64,000 bases of DNA from Nautiliaceae bacterium (GTDB taxonomy: Bacteria; Campylobacterota; Campylobacteria; Campylobacterales; Nautiliaceae), in assembly GCA_039831155.1 (NCBI GenBank), contig JBDONT010000043.1, positions 32,001-96,000 of the forward strand. The letters are read 5' to 3'. This document shows, one piece after another, positions 23,604 to 32,150 of this stretch; the first letter of the stretch is position 1, and every line of letters starts with the position of its first letter. Below the pieces are notes generated by a model. That model ran no database searches. It was not told the DNA's origin and saw only the letters and a program-made list of their open reading frames with translations. Both the position numbers and the translations under genes were made by a program.

Positions 23604-24098
23604 ATGTTTAAAAAAGTAGGTGAGTATTTTACCAATAAAGACGAGGAGTTTTTAAAAAAAAGCGATTTGGTTATTTTTTGGAACGAAGCTCCTAAGAAAC
23701 TTATAAAAAATTACGTAGTACTAGGAGGAGAAGATACTCACTCAAAAGTTGATATAAAAAGGGCTGATAAGGATTTGGCACTTCTTTTGGCAAGACTTGC
23801 TTATGTTTTTGAGATTTATGACGAAGAGTTAAAAGATAGTGAGGAGTTTGAGGATTTTGTGGATATTTTAAAAGGTGTAAGGGTAAAAACTCAAATAAAA
23901 AAACATTTAACTACTCTTGAGGAGGTGAGCGGGGTTTTGTATTTAATAGACTCTTCAGATAAGGTTAGTATTATTTTAGGTAATGTGGACGAAGAAGAGG
24001 TCGAAGGTGTGATTAGTTTTGCTAAGATGTTTGGTGATAAAATCGGTATTTTTTCAAAAAAAGATATCAGCGATAAAGAGATAGAGTTTTATGAATAA
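23604..24098 (+). CDS. Hypothetical protein
   Basis: RBS AAGGA, 164-aa ORF leading the argD operon; weak resemblance to a molybdopterin-oxidoreductase subdomain. Confidence 0.7.
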   Translation: MFKKVGEYFTNKDEEFLKKSDLVIFWNEAPKKLIKNYVVLGGEDTHSKVDIKRADKDLALLLARLAYVFEIYDEELKDSEEFEDFVDILKGVRVKTQIKKHLTTLEEVSGVLYLIDSSDKVSIILGNVDEEEVEGVISFAKMFGDKIGIFSKKDISDKEIEFYE

Positions 24099-24107
24099 GG
24101 AGATAAA

Positions 24108-25265
24108 ATGAATTATTTGTTAAATACTTACGCAAGATTTGACGTAAAGTTTGAAAAAGGAGTTAATGCCACTTTGTGGGATGAAAAAGGAGAGAGTTAT
24201 ATAGATTTTACAAGCGGTATTGGGGTTGTAAGTGTAGGGCATGGGAATAAAAGATTAGCTAATATCATATGTAAACAAGTGAATAATATTATTCACATTT
24301 CAAATCTTTACAGAATTCCTTCTCAAGAAGAGCTTGCGGAGATTTTAGTTAAAAAGAGTGGAATTGATGGAGGAGTGTTTTTTTGCAATAGCGGGGCTGA
24401 GGCAAATGAGACTGCTCTTAAAATTGCAAGAAAGTATGGAGAGGTTAATGGAGAGATTAAAAGGTATAAAATAATTACCCTTAAAAATTCATTTCACGGA
24501 AGAACTATCTCAACTCTAAAAGCAACAGGTCAACCAAAATTTCATCAATATTTTGGACCATTTCCTGATGGCTTTACATATGCAGAGGATATAAAGGATA
24601 TCTATAATAAAGTAGATGATAAGACAATTGGAGTAATGATTGAGCTGATTCAAGGGGAAGGTGGAGTTAATCCTTTTGATAAAAAAGAGATTCAAGAGTT
24701 GGCTGAATTTTTAAAATCAAAAGATATTTTACTTATTGTGGATGAGGTTCAAACAGGTATTTACCGCACTGGTGAATTTTTAGCAAGTAATTTATATGAG
24801 ATAACCCCAGATATTGTAACTCTTGCAAAAGGACTTGGTGGAGGGGTTCCTATTGGAGCTGTAATTACAAGGCTTACCGATGTATTACAACCGGGAGACC
24901 ACGGAAGTACGTTTGGAGGAAACTATCTTGCCACAAGGGCTGCAATTGAGGTAATTAGAATTTTAGAAGATGAGGAGAATAAATTAAAAGATACGATAGA
25001 GTATTTTGAAGATAAAATGGTTGAAATTGTAAAAGAGTTTCCTAGGTTGTTTGATAATATAAGTGGATACGGGCTAATGAGAGCTATAAAAGCTAAAAAC
25101 AGCGAAATTAGAGATGAAGTTGTAAAAAAAGCGTTTGAAAATAGAGTGCTTGTATTAAAAGCCGGAGAAAAGTCGGTTAGATTTTTGCCGCCTCTTACTA
25201 TAAGTAAAGAAGAGATTGACGAGGGATTTGACAGATTAAAAGATGCAATTAGCGGAGTTAATTGA
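24108..25265 (+). CDS. argD: Acetylornithine aminotransferase
   Basis: FFCNSGAEANE, SFHGRT, ELIQGEGG, DEVQTG, LAKGLGGG and HGSTFGGN. Confidence 0.93.
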   Translation: MNYLLNTYARFDVKFEKGVNATLWDEKGESYIDFTSGIGVVSVGHGNKRLANIICKQVNNIIHISNLYRIPSQEELAEILVKKSGIDGGVFFCNSGAEANETALKIARKYGEVNGEIKRYKIITLKNSFHGRTISTLKATGQPKFHQYFGPFPDGFTYAEDIKDIYNKVDDKTIGVMIELIQGEGGVNPFDKKEIQELAEFLKSKDILLIVDEVQTGIYRTGEFLASNLYEITPDIVTLAKGLGGGVPIGAVITRLTDVLQPGDHGSTFGGNYLATRAAIEVIRILEDEENKLKDTIEYFEDKMVEIVKEFPRLFDNISGYGLMRAIKAKNSEIRDEVVKKAFENRVLVLKAGEKSVRFLPPLTISKEEIDEGFDRLKDAISGVN

Positions 25266-26449
25266 TGAGATACGCTTTAGTCTTTTTACCCCTTTTTCTA
25301 TTTGCTTCTTTGCTTAGCGATTTAAAACAAAAAGAACTTAGTTACGATAAAAACTTCACCTTAGAAGATAGTAAAGAGACGAAAAAATCGTGGATTAATC
25401 CTATAATGATTCAATATAACTACTCAAAAGACAACTCACTTGAGAGTATTAAAACTACCAATCAGCTTTTAAGTATCAGTATTAGTCAGCCTATTTTTAA
25501 AAGTGGGGCGATTTATTATTCTATTAAGTATGCTAATGATTTAAAAGATTATAATCTAAAAGATTTGGAATTAAAAAGACGAGAACTTATCAAAAATGCC
25601 CTTGACTTAGCGTTTGATTATAAAATAGCCGTATTAAATAAAAAAATTTCTCTTTTAAATATAGAAAATACGAAAATAGACGTTTTGAGAAAAAAAGAGG
25701 CTTTTTTAAATGGAGTCGGCGATTCTTCGTTGTTGAATAACGCAATTTTGTCTTTAAATAATTTAAGACTTTCTTTAGAGGATTTAAATTTTCAAATAGA
25801 GTCTTTAAAACTAAACTTCAAAAACATATCAACTATGGACATTTCAAAAGTCAAACTTCCAAGGTTTAAGTTAATCTCTAAAAATGAATTTATTGAAAAC
25901 AACCTTGAGTTTTTAAAACAGCAAAGACTAAAAAAAGTAAAATACGACCTTTATAAAATGCAAATAGGAAATCAGCTTTTGAGTTTGAATTTAAACGCTT
26001 CTTATAACTGGCAGGATATTGAATATTCAAAAACGACTCCTACTCTAAAAAGTAATTCCACAAATTACTATAAAATTGGATTTTCTGTTTCTATGCCTAT
26101 TAGTTTTAACGCTTTGAATAAAATTCAAAAATCAAAAATAGATTATCTAAAATCAGCCCTTTTGGTGGAAGATAAAAAAAACGAACTTTTAAATCTTTAT
26201 AAAAGCACTCTGTTTAAAATAAAAACTTTGGATAAAAAGATTAAAATCTATAAAGAAAACGTAAAAGTTTATGACGATTTAATAGCTTCTACCGAAGATT
26301 CCATAGAAGTCGGAAACGCTACGAATTTGGATTTGAAAATTTTAGAAAATTCTAAAAAAATGATGGTTTTGAATATGGAAGTTTTAAAATTACAAAAACA
26401 AAAGACTCTTTTAGAAGTTTATTATAAACTTATCAATTGGAATAATTAA
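25262..26449 (+). CDS. TolC-family outer membrane protein
   Basis: Signal peptide; SISQPIFKSG and SVSMPI beta-strand-Pro motifs within two coiled-coil repeats. Confidence 0.75.
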   Translation: MMRYALVFLPLFLFASLLSDLKQKELSYDKNFTLEDSKETKKSWINPIMIQYNYSKDNSLESIKTTNQLLSISISQPIFKSGAIYYSIKYANDLKDYNLKDLELKRRELIKNALDLAFDYKIAVLNKKISLLNIENTKIDVLRKKEAFLNGVGDSSLLNNAILSLNNLRLSLEDLNFQIESLKLNFKNISTMDISKVKLPRFKLISKNEFIENNLEFLKQQRLKKVKYDLYKMQIGNQLLSLNLNASYNWQDIEYSKTTPTLKSNSTNYYKIGFSVSMPISFNALNKIQKSKIDYLKSALLVEDKKNELLNLYKSTLFKIKTLDKKIKIYKENVKVYDDLIASTEDSIEVGNATNLDLKILENSKKMMVLNMEVLKLQKQKTLLEVYYKLINWNN

Positions 26450-26502
26450 CTTTGTAAAAGTGTTTCTAAAAGTTACGAGTAGAAAAAAAATTATTACTTA
26501 AT

Positions 26503-26563
26503 GTAACAATTGTTACTATTCACACTTAAAATATCTTATTTTAATATAAGTTTTTGTTATAAT
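26503..26563 (+). promoter_or_regulatory. sdhA promoter region with a perfect 14-bp palindrome
   Basis: GTAACAATTGTTAC at 26503-26516; extended -10 TGtTATAAT at 26555-26563. Confidence 0.55.
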
Positions 26564-26593
26564 ACTACAATATTTATAATTTAAAGGAGTGAT

Positions 26594-28300
26594 ATGAAAG
26601 TTGACGTTTTAATTGTAGGTGCCGGCGGAGCGGGACTTTATGCGGCATTGAGTGCGGCACAGGAAGCCAAGGGTATGGAAATAGCCGTTCTTACCAAAGT
26701 GTATCCGACACGTTCGCATACCGGTGCGGCACAGGGAGGTGTTAATGCGGCTCTTGCGAATGTCGACCCTACCGACAGTGAGGAGCTGCATACGTTTGAT
26801 ACTGTTAAGGGAAGCGATTATTTGGCCGACCAGAAAGCCACTAAATATATGTGTTATGAAGCTCCGAGAATTATCAGGGAAATGGAGCATATGGGTGTGC
26901 CGTTCAGCAGACTAAACAACGGTAAAATAGCCCAAAGACCTTTCGGAGGTGCAAGTAAAGACAGAACATGTTACAGTGCCGATAAAATGGGGCATGTAAT
27001 GCTTCATACGTTATACGAACAGTGTATTAAACACGGTATAAAATTTTTAAACGAATGGTTTATGTTAAATATCGCTCACGACGGAGAGAGACTTCAGGGT
27101 GTAACCGCAATTAATATTGCAACGGGTGAAATTCAGTTTATCCACGCAAAAGCGGTAATTTTGGCAACCGGAGGACACAGCAGGATTTACTGGGGGTATA
27201 CTTCAAACGCTCTGGGATGTACGGGAGACGGAACGGCTGCGGCACTTAGAGCCGGACTTCCTCTTAAAGATATGGAATTTTTACAATTTCACCCAACCGG
27301 TCTTAGAAAATCCGCGATTTTAGTATCTGAAGCGGCAAGAGGAGAAGGGGGGCATCTTTTAAACAACAGGGGCGAAAGATTTATGAGTAAATATGCTCCT
27401 GAAAAAATGGAGCTCGGTCCTAGGGATTTGGTCGCAAGAAGTATTATGACCGAAATCAGGGAAGGCAGAGGATTTAAAGATGAAGAGGGAAGAGAATACG
27501 TTCATTTGGATTTAACTCATCTTGGGGCTGAAAAAATCAAAGAAAGACTTCCTCAAATCAGGGAACTTACAATTGATTTTGAGGGAATAGACCCTATAAA
27601 AGAAGCTATCCCGATTAAGCCTACGGCTCACTATGCGATGGGTGGAATCCACACCGACGTAAAATGCGAAACACCGGTTGCCGGTATTTATGCGGCGGGT
27701 GAGGCACAGTGCGTAAGCGTTCATGGAGCGAACAGACTTGGCGGTAATTCGCTTCTTGATATCGTGGTATTCGGACACGTAGCAGGTAAAGAAGCGGTAA
27801 GATATGCGGAAGGTACCGACTTTGCGAGAGGAGGTCAGGGGCAGCTTAAAGACGACGTTAAATTTATTCAGGAGTTGTTTGACAGGGAAAGCAAAGAAAC
27901 TTTAGGTGATTTAAGAGAAGAACTAGGTGAGATTATGTTCAGACATTTCGGTGTGTTTAAAAACGAAAAAGAGATGCAAGAGGGATATGAAAAACTTAAG
28001 AATTTAATCGAAAGGGCAAATACGAACCTTGCGGTGGAAGACAAGTCGAAAGTATTTAATACCGACTTACAAAGTCTTCTTGAATTTTACAATTTACTTG
28101 AAATTGCGGATGTTCTGGCTTACGCTTCGCTTCAGAGAAAAGAATCCCGCGGGAGTTTTTACAGGGATGATTATCCAAAAAGAGATGATGAAAACTTCCT
28201 GTATCATTCAATGATTACTAAAAACAGTGACGGAAGTTTTAAATATGAAAAAGGTGAAGTCGATTTAAGCCTTTACGAACCGGCTGAACGTAAATATTAA
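26594..28300 (+). CDS. sdhA: Succinate dehydrogenase/fumarate reductase flavoprotein subunit (no Tat signal)
   Basis: GAGGAG at the N-terminus, RSHTGAAQGG (FAD-binding His), QFHPTG, SEAARGEGG, HYAMGG, HGANRLGGNSL and ESRG. Confidence 0.95.
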   Translation: MKVDVLIVGAGGAGLYAALSAAQEAKGMEIAVLTKVYPTRSHTGAAQGGVNAALANVDPTDSEELHTFDTVKGSDYLADQKATKYMCYEAPRIIREMEHMGVPFSRLNNGKIAQRPFGGASKDRTCYSADKMGHVMLHTLYEQCIKHGIKFLNEWFMLNIAHDGERLQGVTAINIATGEIQFIHAKAVILATGGHSRIYWGYTSNALGCTGDGTAAALRAGLPLKDMEFLQFHPTGLRKSAILVSEAARGEGGHLLNNRGERFMSKYAPEKMELGPRDLVARSIMTEIREGRGFKDEEGREYVHLDLTHLGAEKIKERLPQIRELTIDFEGIDPIKEAIPIKPTAHYAMGGIHTDVKCETPVAGIYAAGEAQCVSVHGANRLGGNSLLDIVVFGHVAGKEAVRYAEGTDFARGGQGQLKDDVKFIQELFDRESKETLGDLREELGEIMFRHFGVFKNEKEMQEGYEKLKNLIERANTNLAVEDKSKVFNTDLQSLLEFYNLLEIADVLAYASLQRKESRGSFYRDDYPKRDDENFLYHSMITKNSDGSFKYEKGEVDLSLYEPAERKY

Positions 28301-28305
28301 TGAAG

Positions 28306-28365
28306 AATTGAGAATGGAGAACGGAGAATTTTTAATTCTTAATTCTCGACTCTACATTCTCAATT
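28306..28365. repeat. Heptamer-repeat inverted element, probable bidirectional terminator between sdhA and tRNA-Arg
   Basis: aattgag-aatggag-aacggag-aatt followed by the inverted aattctc-gactcta-cattctc-aatt; outer 11 bp pair perfectly. Confidence 0.7.
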
Positions 28366-28372
28366 TTAAAAA

Positions 28373-28449
28373 TGGTCTCCCGGGCGGGATTTGAACCCAC
28401 GACCTTCGGATTAGGAATCCGATGCTCTATCCGACTGAGCTACCGGGAG
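28373..28449 (-). tRNA. tRNA-Arg (anticodon CCT)
   Basis: CTCCCGGTAGCTCAGTCGGATAGAGCATCGGATT-CCT-AATCCGAAGGTCGTGGGTTCAAATCCCGCCCGGGAGACCA; cloverleaf with encoded CCA. Confidence 0.96.
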
Positions 28450-28515
28450 GTAATTAAAATTATAACAAAAAATTAAATAGTTATTTTAAAATATGTTATG
28501 CAAAAAGGAAGAGTT

Positions 28516-29475
28516 ATGAAAAAAATTAAATACATAACGAGAATAAAAAGATACAACCCCGATACTAAAAAGAGTTATTGGCAAGATTTTGAGGTTGAGG
28601 TTGAAGATAGTTTAACGGTTCTTGAACTTTTAATGTATATAAAAGATAAAATTGATGAAAGTTTAACTTTCAGAGCGTTTTGCAGAAGTGCCATTTGCGG
28701 TAGCTGTGCTATGATTATTAATGGACGTGCCGGGCTTTCTTGTAAGATTCAGGCAAAGGATAAAATCAAAAACGGGGTTATAAAAATAGAACCCCTTAAC
28801 CATTTACCGGTAATAAAGGATTTGGTTGTAGACCAAGAACCGGCATTCGACAAACTCAAAAAAGTAAAACCGTACCTTGACCCCGATCCTAAAAAAGTTC
28901 CGGATAATTTGAAAGTCGAATCTTTGGTGTTGCCGGAAGAAGTTGCCAAATACGACAAACAGACGGACTGTATTTTATGTATGGCGTGTTACGGTCAGTG
29001 TAACGCACTTGAGGGTGAAGCCGCATATCTCGGACCGTTTCAGCTTACAAAAGCGTTTAGATTTATAATGGATTCAAGAGACGGTATGGACGTTGAAGAG
29101 AGAATTAAACTTGTAGAAGAGAATGGAATTTGGGATTGTGTACAGTGTCAAATGTGTCTTGCTGCTTGTCCTAAAGGAATTAAACCGGCTGAAGATATAT
29201 TCGAACTTAGAAGAATAGCAAAAGACACCGGAGAAGAAAATATTGCAACAAGACGTGCTAAGTTCTGGTTTGCTACTGTATTTGAAACCGGACAAATTGA
29301 TAAATGGCATTTACCGGAAGTTGCGTTTAACGATGAAAAAGGAAAAGAGATCACTAAAAAGCTTGAAGAAGAGTTTAGAAGTAGAGGGATGAAAGAAGAT
29401 GAGTTTGGGCCTAAACCGTTTGATGGAATTAAAGACTTCCAGAAATTTATTAAAAAACTTGAAAAGGAACTATAA
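28516..29475 (+). CDS. sdhB: Sdh/Frd iron-sulfur subunit (type E, with C-terminal extension)
   Basis: CRSAICGSC..C [2Fe-2S]; CILCMACYGQC and CVQCQMCLAACP, i.e. two full 4Fe-4S motifs. Confidence 0.92.
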   Translation: MKKIKYITRIKRYNPDTKKSYWQDFEVEVEDSLTVLELLMYIKDKIDESLTFRAFCRSAICGSCAMIINGRAGLSCKIQAKDKIKNGVIKIEPLNHLPVIKDLVVDQEPAFDKLKKVKPYLDPDPKKVPDNLKVESLVLPEEVAKYDKQTDCILCMACYGQCNALEGEAAYLGPFQLTKAFRFIMDSRDGMDVEERIKLVEENGIWDCVQCQMCLAACPKGIKPAEDIFELRRIAKDTGEENIATRRAKFWFATVFETGQIDKWHLPEVAFNDEKGKEITKKLEEEFRSRGMKEDEFGPKPFDGIKDFQKFIKKLEKEL

Positions 29476-30302
29476 TGAAAAAGATAGGTATTTATCCTGG
29501 ATGCTGTTTTCAAGGGGCAGACATCCACAATTACGATATTACTGAAGATTTTTTAAGTAAAATGGGTGTTGAGGGAGTTTTACTTGAAAAAAGTGCTTGT
29601 TGTGGTGGTGGAGTAATTGATGAGACAAATAAAATGATAGTTTACGGTTTAAATGCCAGAAATATAGCTTTAGCAGAAGAAAAAGGAGTTGATTTATATA
29701 CTCCTTGTAATACGTGTTATATGATTATCGCAAAAACCAAACTCGCACTTGATTCCGACCCGGAACTTAAAGAAAAAATTAATAAAATTTTGGCTGAAGA
29801 GGGACTTGAGTATAAGGGGGAAGCTAAAATTTATCATACTTTAAATTTAATTAGAGATTTTGTTGGAATGGATGAATATAAAAGTAAAATTAAAAGAAAA
29901 CTAGAAGGTATAAAAGTAGCTCCATATTATGGATGTCACGTTCTAGCACCAAATGAAGTTTCACTTGATGATCCGGAAAATCCTACTGTTTTAAAAGAAA
30001 TACTTGAACCTTTAGGTGTTGAGGTTGTTGAAGGGTATCAACACGAACAAACTTGCTGTGGATATCATGCAAGATATACAAACCCTGAACAAAAAGAAAA
30101 ACTTGCAGTAAAACCTCTAGAGGGGGCTAAAGAAGCCGGAGCAGATATTGTGGCGACTCCTTGTCCATTATGCCATAAAGCGATGGACGGATATGAAGAG
30201 CCGATTTTACAGGTTACACAGCTAATTAACGTTGCTTGCGGTTCGACTCCACAAGAAGCGTTTTGGAATATTAATAAAACGGAAGTTAAAATCTCTTTAT
30301 AA
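29475..30302 (+). CDS. HdrB-like CCG-domain subunit (SdhE/MfrE type)
   Basis: YPGC, ACCGGG, TPCNTC, YYGC, TCCG and TPCPLC. Confidence 0.92.
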   Translation: MKKIGIYPGCCFQGADIHNYDITEDFLSKMGVEGVLLEKSACCGGGVIDETNKMIVYGLNARNIALAEEKGVDLYTPCNTCYMIIAKTKLALDSDPELKEKINKILAEEGLEYKGEAKIYHTLNLIRDFVGMDEYKSKIKRKLEGIKVAPYYGCHVLAPNEVSLDDPENPTVLKEILEPLGVEVVEGYQHEQTCCGYHARYTNPEQKEKLAVKPLEGAKEAGADIVATPCPLCHKAMDGYEEPILQVTQLINVACGSTPQEAFWNINKTEVKISL

Positions 30303-30320
30303 CTTCTTTTTTCTTTTTTC
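30282..30320 (+). terminator. Probable terminator after the HdrB-like gene
   Basis: gaagtta...taacttc stem followed by a long T-rich run. Confidence 0.5.
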
Positions 30321-30367
30321 AGTATAAATTCATCTAAATATTTTATAATTTTTAAAAAGGATTAACG

Positions 30368-30913
30368 ATTCGTTACAATATTATTGAAAAAATAGGGGAA
30401 GGTAACAGAGGCGAAGTATATAAAGCCCGTTTGGAAGACGGGCGAATAGCAGCTATTAAATGGGCTAAAAATTATGAAATAGACAAAGAGTGGGAAATTT
30501 TAAAATATTTAGACGGATTTATAGCTCCAAAGCCTATTGAGAGGGGAAAGCGTTATTTTATAATGGAGTATATTGAGGGTAAACCTTTAAAAGAGTTTTT
30601 AGGAAGTGAAAAGTATTATGAAGTTTTGAAAAAATCTTTAATAGCAGCTTGCGAGCTTGATAAAAAGGGTGTTTTTCATTCTCAATTAGGCAGATATTAT
30701 CATATTTTTTATTCTGATAATGAAGTGAGGTTTATTGATTTTGAAAGAGCTGTATTTAGTAAAAACCCCAGAAATTTTATGCAGATGGTAGGATATTACT
30801 TGTTTAGGGATGAAAAATTTGATAAAAATAGTTTAAATAGAGTAATTGAGCTTTATAAATCCTCAAAAGAAGAGGGACTTAAATTGTTGTTAAAGGTAAT
30901 GGATGAGAGTTAA
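30368..30913 (+). CDS. Small Ser/Thr-kinase-like (RIO/Bud32-type) protein; start codon non-canonical or mutated
   Basis: The frame is open upstream of TTG 30431 and encodes IRYNIIEKIGEGNRGEVYKA (Gly loop). Downstream motifs: AAIK, FIMEYIEG, GVFHSQL and FIDFERA. Confidence 0.75.
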   Translation: MRYNIIEKIGEGNRGEVYKARLEDGRIAAIKWAKNYEIDKEWEILKYLDGFIAPKPIERGKRYFIMEYIEGKPLKEFLGSEKYYEVLKKSLIAACELDKKGVFHSQLGRYYHIFYSDNEVRFIDFERAVFSKNPRNFMQMVGYYLFRDEKFDKNSLNRVIELYKSSKEEGLKLLLKVMDES

Positions 30914-31631
30914 TATTAAAAGATTTTTGAATTCAAAAACCTGGTTTGAAACGTTTAAAGTTGAATTTAAAGAGGATGAGACTATTTTGGAACTTCTTGA
31001 TAGATTAAAAAACAAAGAACGTTCTCTTACTTATAGAAGTTTTTGCAGAAGCAGTATTTGTGGAACTTGTGCCGTTAGGGTTAACGATAAAACGGTTTTA
31101 GCTTGTAAATCCAAAGTAAAAGATTTTTTGCAAAACGGTGAGCTTGTAATTGAGCCTGTGTTAAGAAGTAAAGTTATAAAAGATTTAGTGGTTAAGCACG
31201 ATTATATTGAAGAGGCAATTAGGAAAAATAAGTTATGGTTTGAAGATGAAATTAATCCTATTCAAGAAAATTTGCAAACCCCGGAAGAACTTAAAAAGTA
31301 TGATAAACAGACAGACTGTATTATGTGTATGGCTTGTTATTTTGAGTGTGAGGCACTTGATTATACTCCGGATTTTGCCGGACCTTTTATATTTACGAAA
31401 TATTTTAGGTTTGTGTTTGATAGCAGAGACAAAAGCAATAAACAACAAAGAATAGAACTTGCTAAAGAAAACGGGCTTTATAGTTGTATAAACTGTCAAA
31501 AATGTATTATGGTGTGTCCTAAAGAGATAGCGAGTGCTTTTGATATAAAAGCTTTACAAGCAAAAGATTCAAATCCTCCTACCCAGGATTTTGGATTTGG
31601 TGGGTTTGGAATGGATTTTAATAGTTTTTAA
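30903..31631 (+). CDS. Second Sdh/Frd iron-sulfur subunit
   Basis: CRSSICGTC..C, CIMCMACYFEC and CINCQKCIMVCP; shares KYDKQTDCI with the first SdhB. Confidence 0.9.
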   Translation: MRVNIKRFLNSKTWFETFKVEFKEDETILELLDRLKNKERSLTYRSFCRSSICGTCAVRVNDKTVLACKSKVKDFLQNGELVIEPVLRSKVIKDLVVKHDYIEEAIRKNKLWFEDEINPIQENLQTPEELKKYDKQTDCIMCMACYFECEALDYTPDFAGPFIFTKYFRFVFDSRDKSNKQQRIELAKENGLYSCINCQKCIMVCPKEIASAFDIKALQAKDSNPPTQDFGFGGFGMDFNSF

Positions 31632-31643
31632 ATAAGGATATAA

Positions 31644-32150
31644 ATGGCACGAGAACCTAGTGTGACTCCAATTTGGGAAGAGGTTGGATTTAAGGATGAG
31701 AATTTATCTAAAAAACATTTAATTACTAGAACAGATAAAGAGGGGATGATTACGTTTGTTTCTAAACTCTTTAGCGATATGAGCGGATATTTAAAAAACG
31801 AACTTTTAAATATTCCCCATAATATAGTAAGACACCCTTTTATGCCCGAATCTGCTTTTATGGACTTATGGGAAAGTATTTTGTGGGGAGGAGAGTGGAG
31901 AGGTCTTATAATGAATTTAAGAAAAGATAGAAGATATTTTTGGGTTGATACTAAAATTAATCCTATAGATAAAAACGGAGATTTGACTAATAATCCTGAA
32001 AAAATAGCCGGTTTTGGAGGTGTTATGAGTAAACCTTCAAGAATCGATGTAAAAACAATAAAAAAAATATATAAAAGTATAAGAAAATCGGATCTTTTAG
32101 ATAAAAAAGAATTAAAACCTTGGGAGAAGGAGTTATTGGAGAGATTATGA
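31644..32150 (+). CDS. Stand-alone PAS-domain sensor (Aer/CetB-like)
   Basis: ITRTDKEG.ITFVS, SGY...EL...PHNIVRHP.MP...F.DLW and W.G...NLRKD..YFWV. Confidence 0.88.
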   Translation: MAREPSVTPIWEEVGFKDENLSKKHLITRTDKEGMITFVSKLFSDMSGYLKNELLNIPHNIVRHPFMPESAFMDLWESILWGGEWRGLIMNLRKDRRYFWVDTKINPIDKNGDLTNNPEKIAGFGGVMSKPSRIDVKTIKKIYKSIRKSDLLDKKELKPWEKELLERL

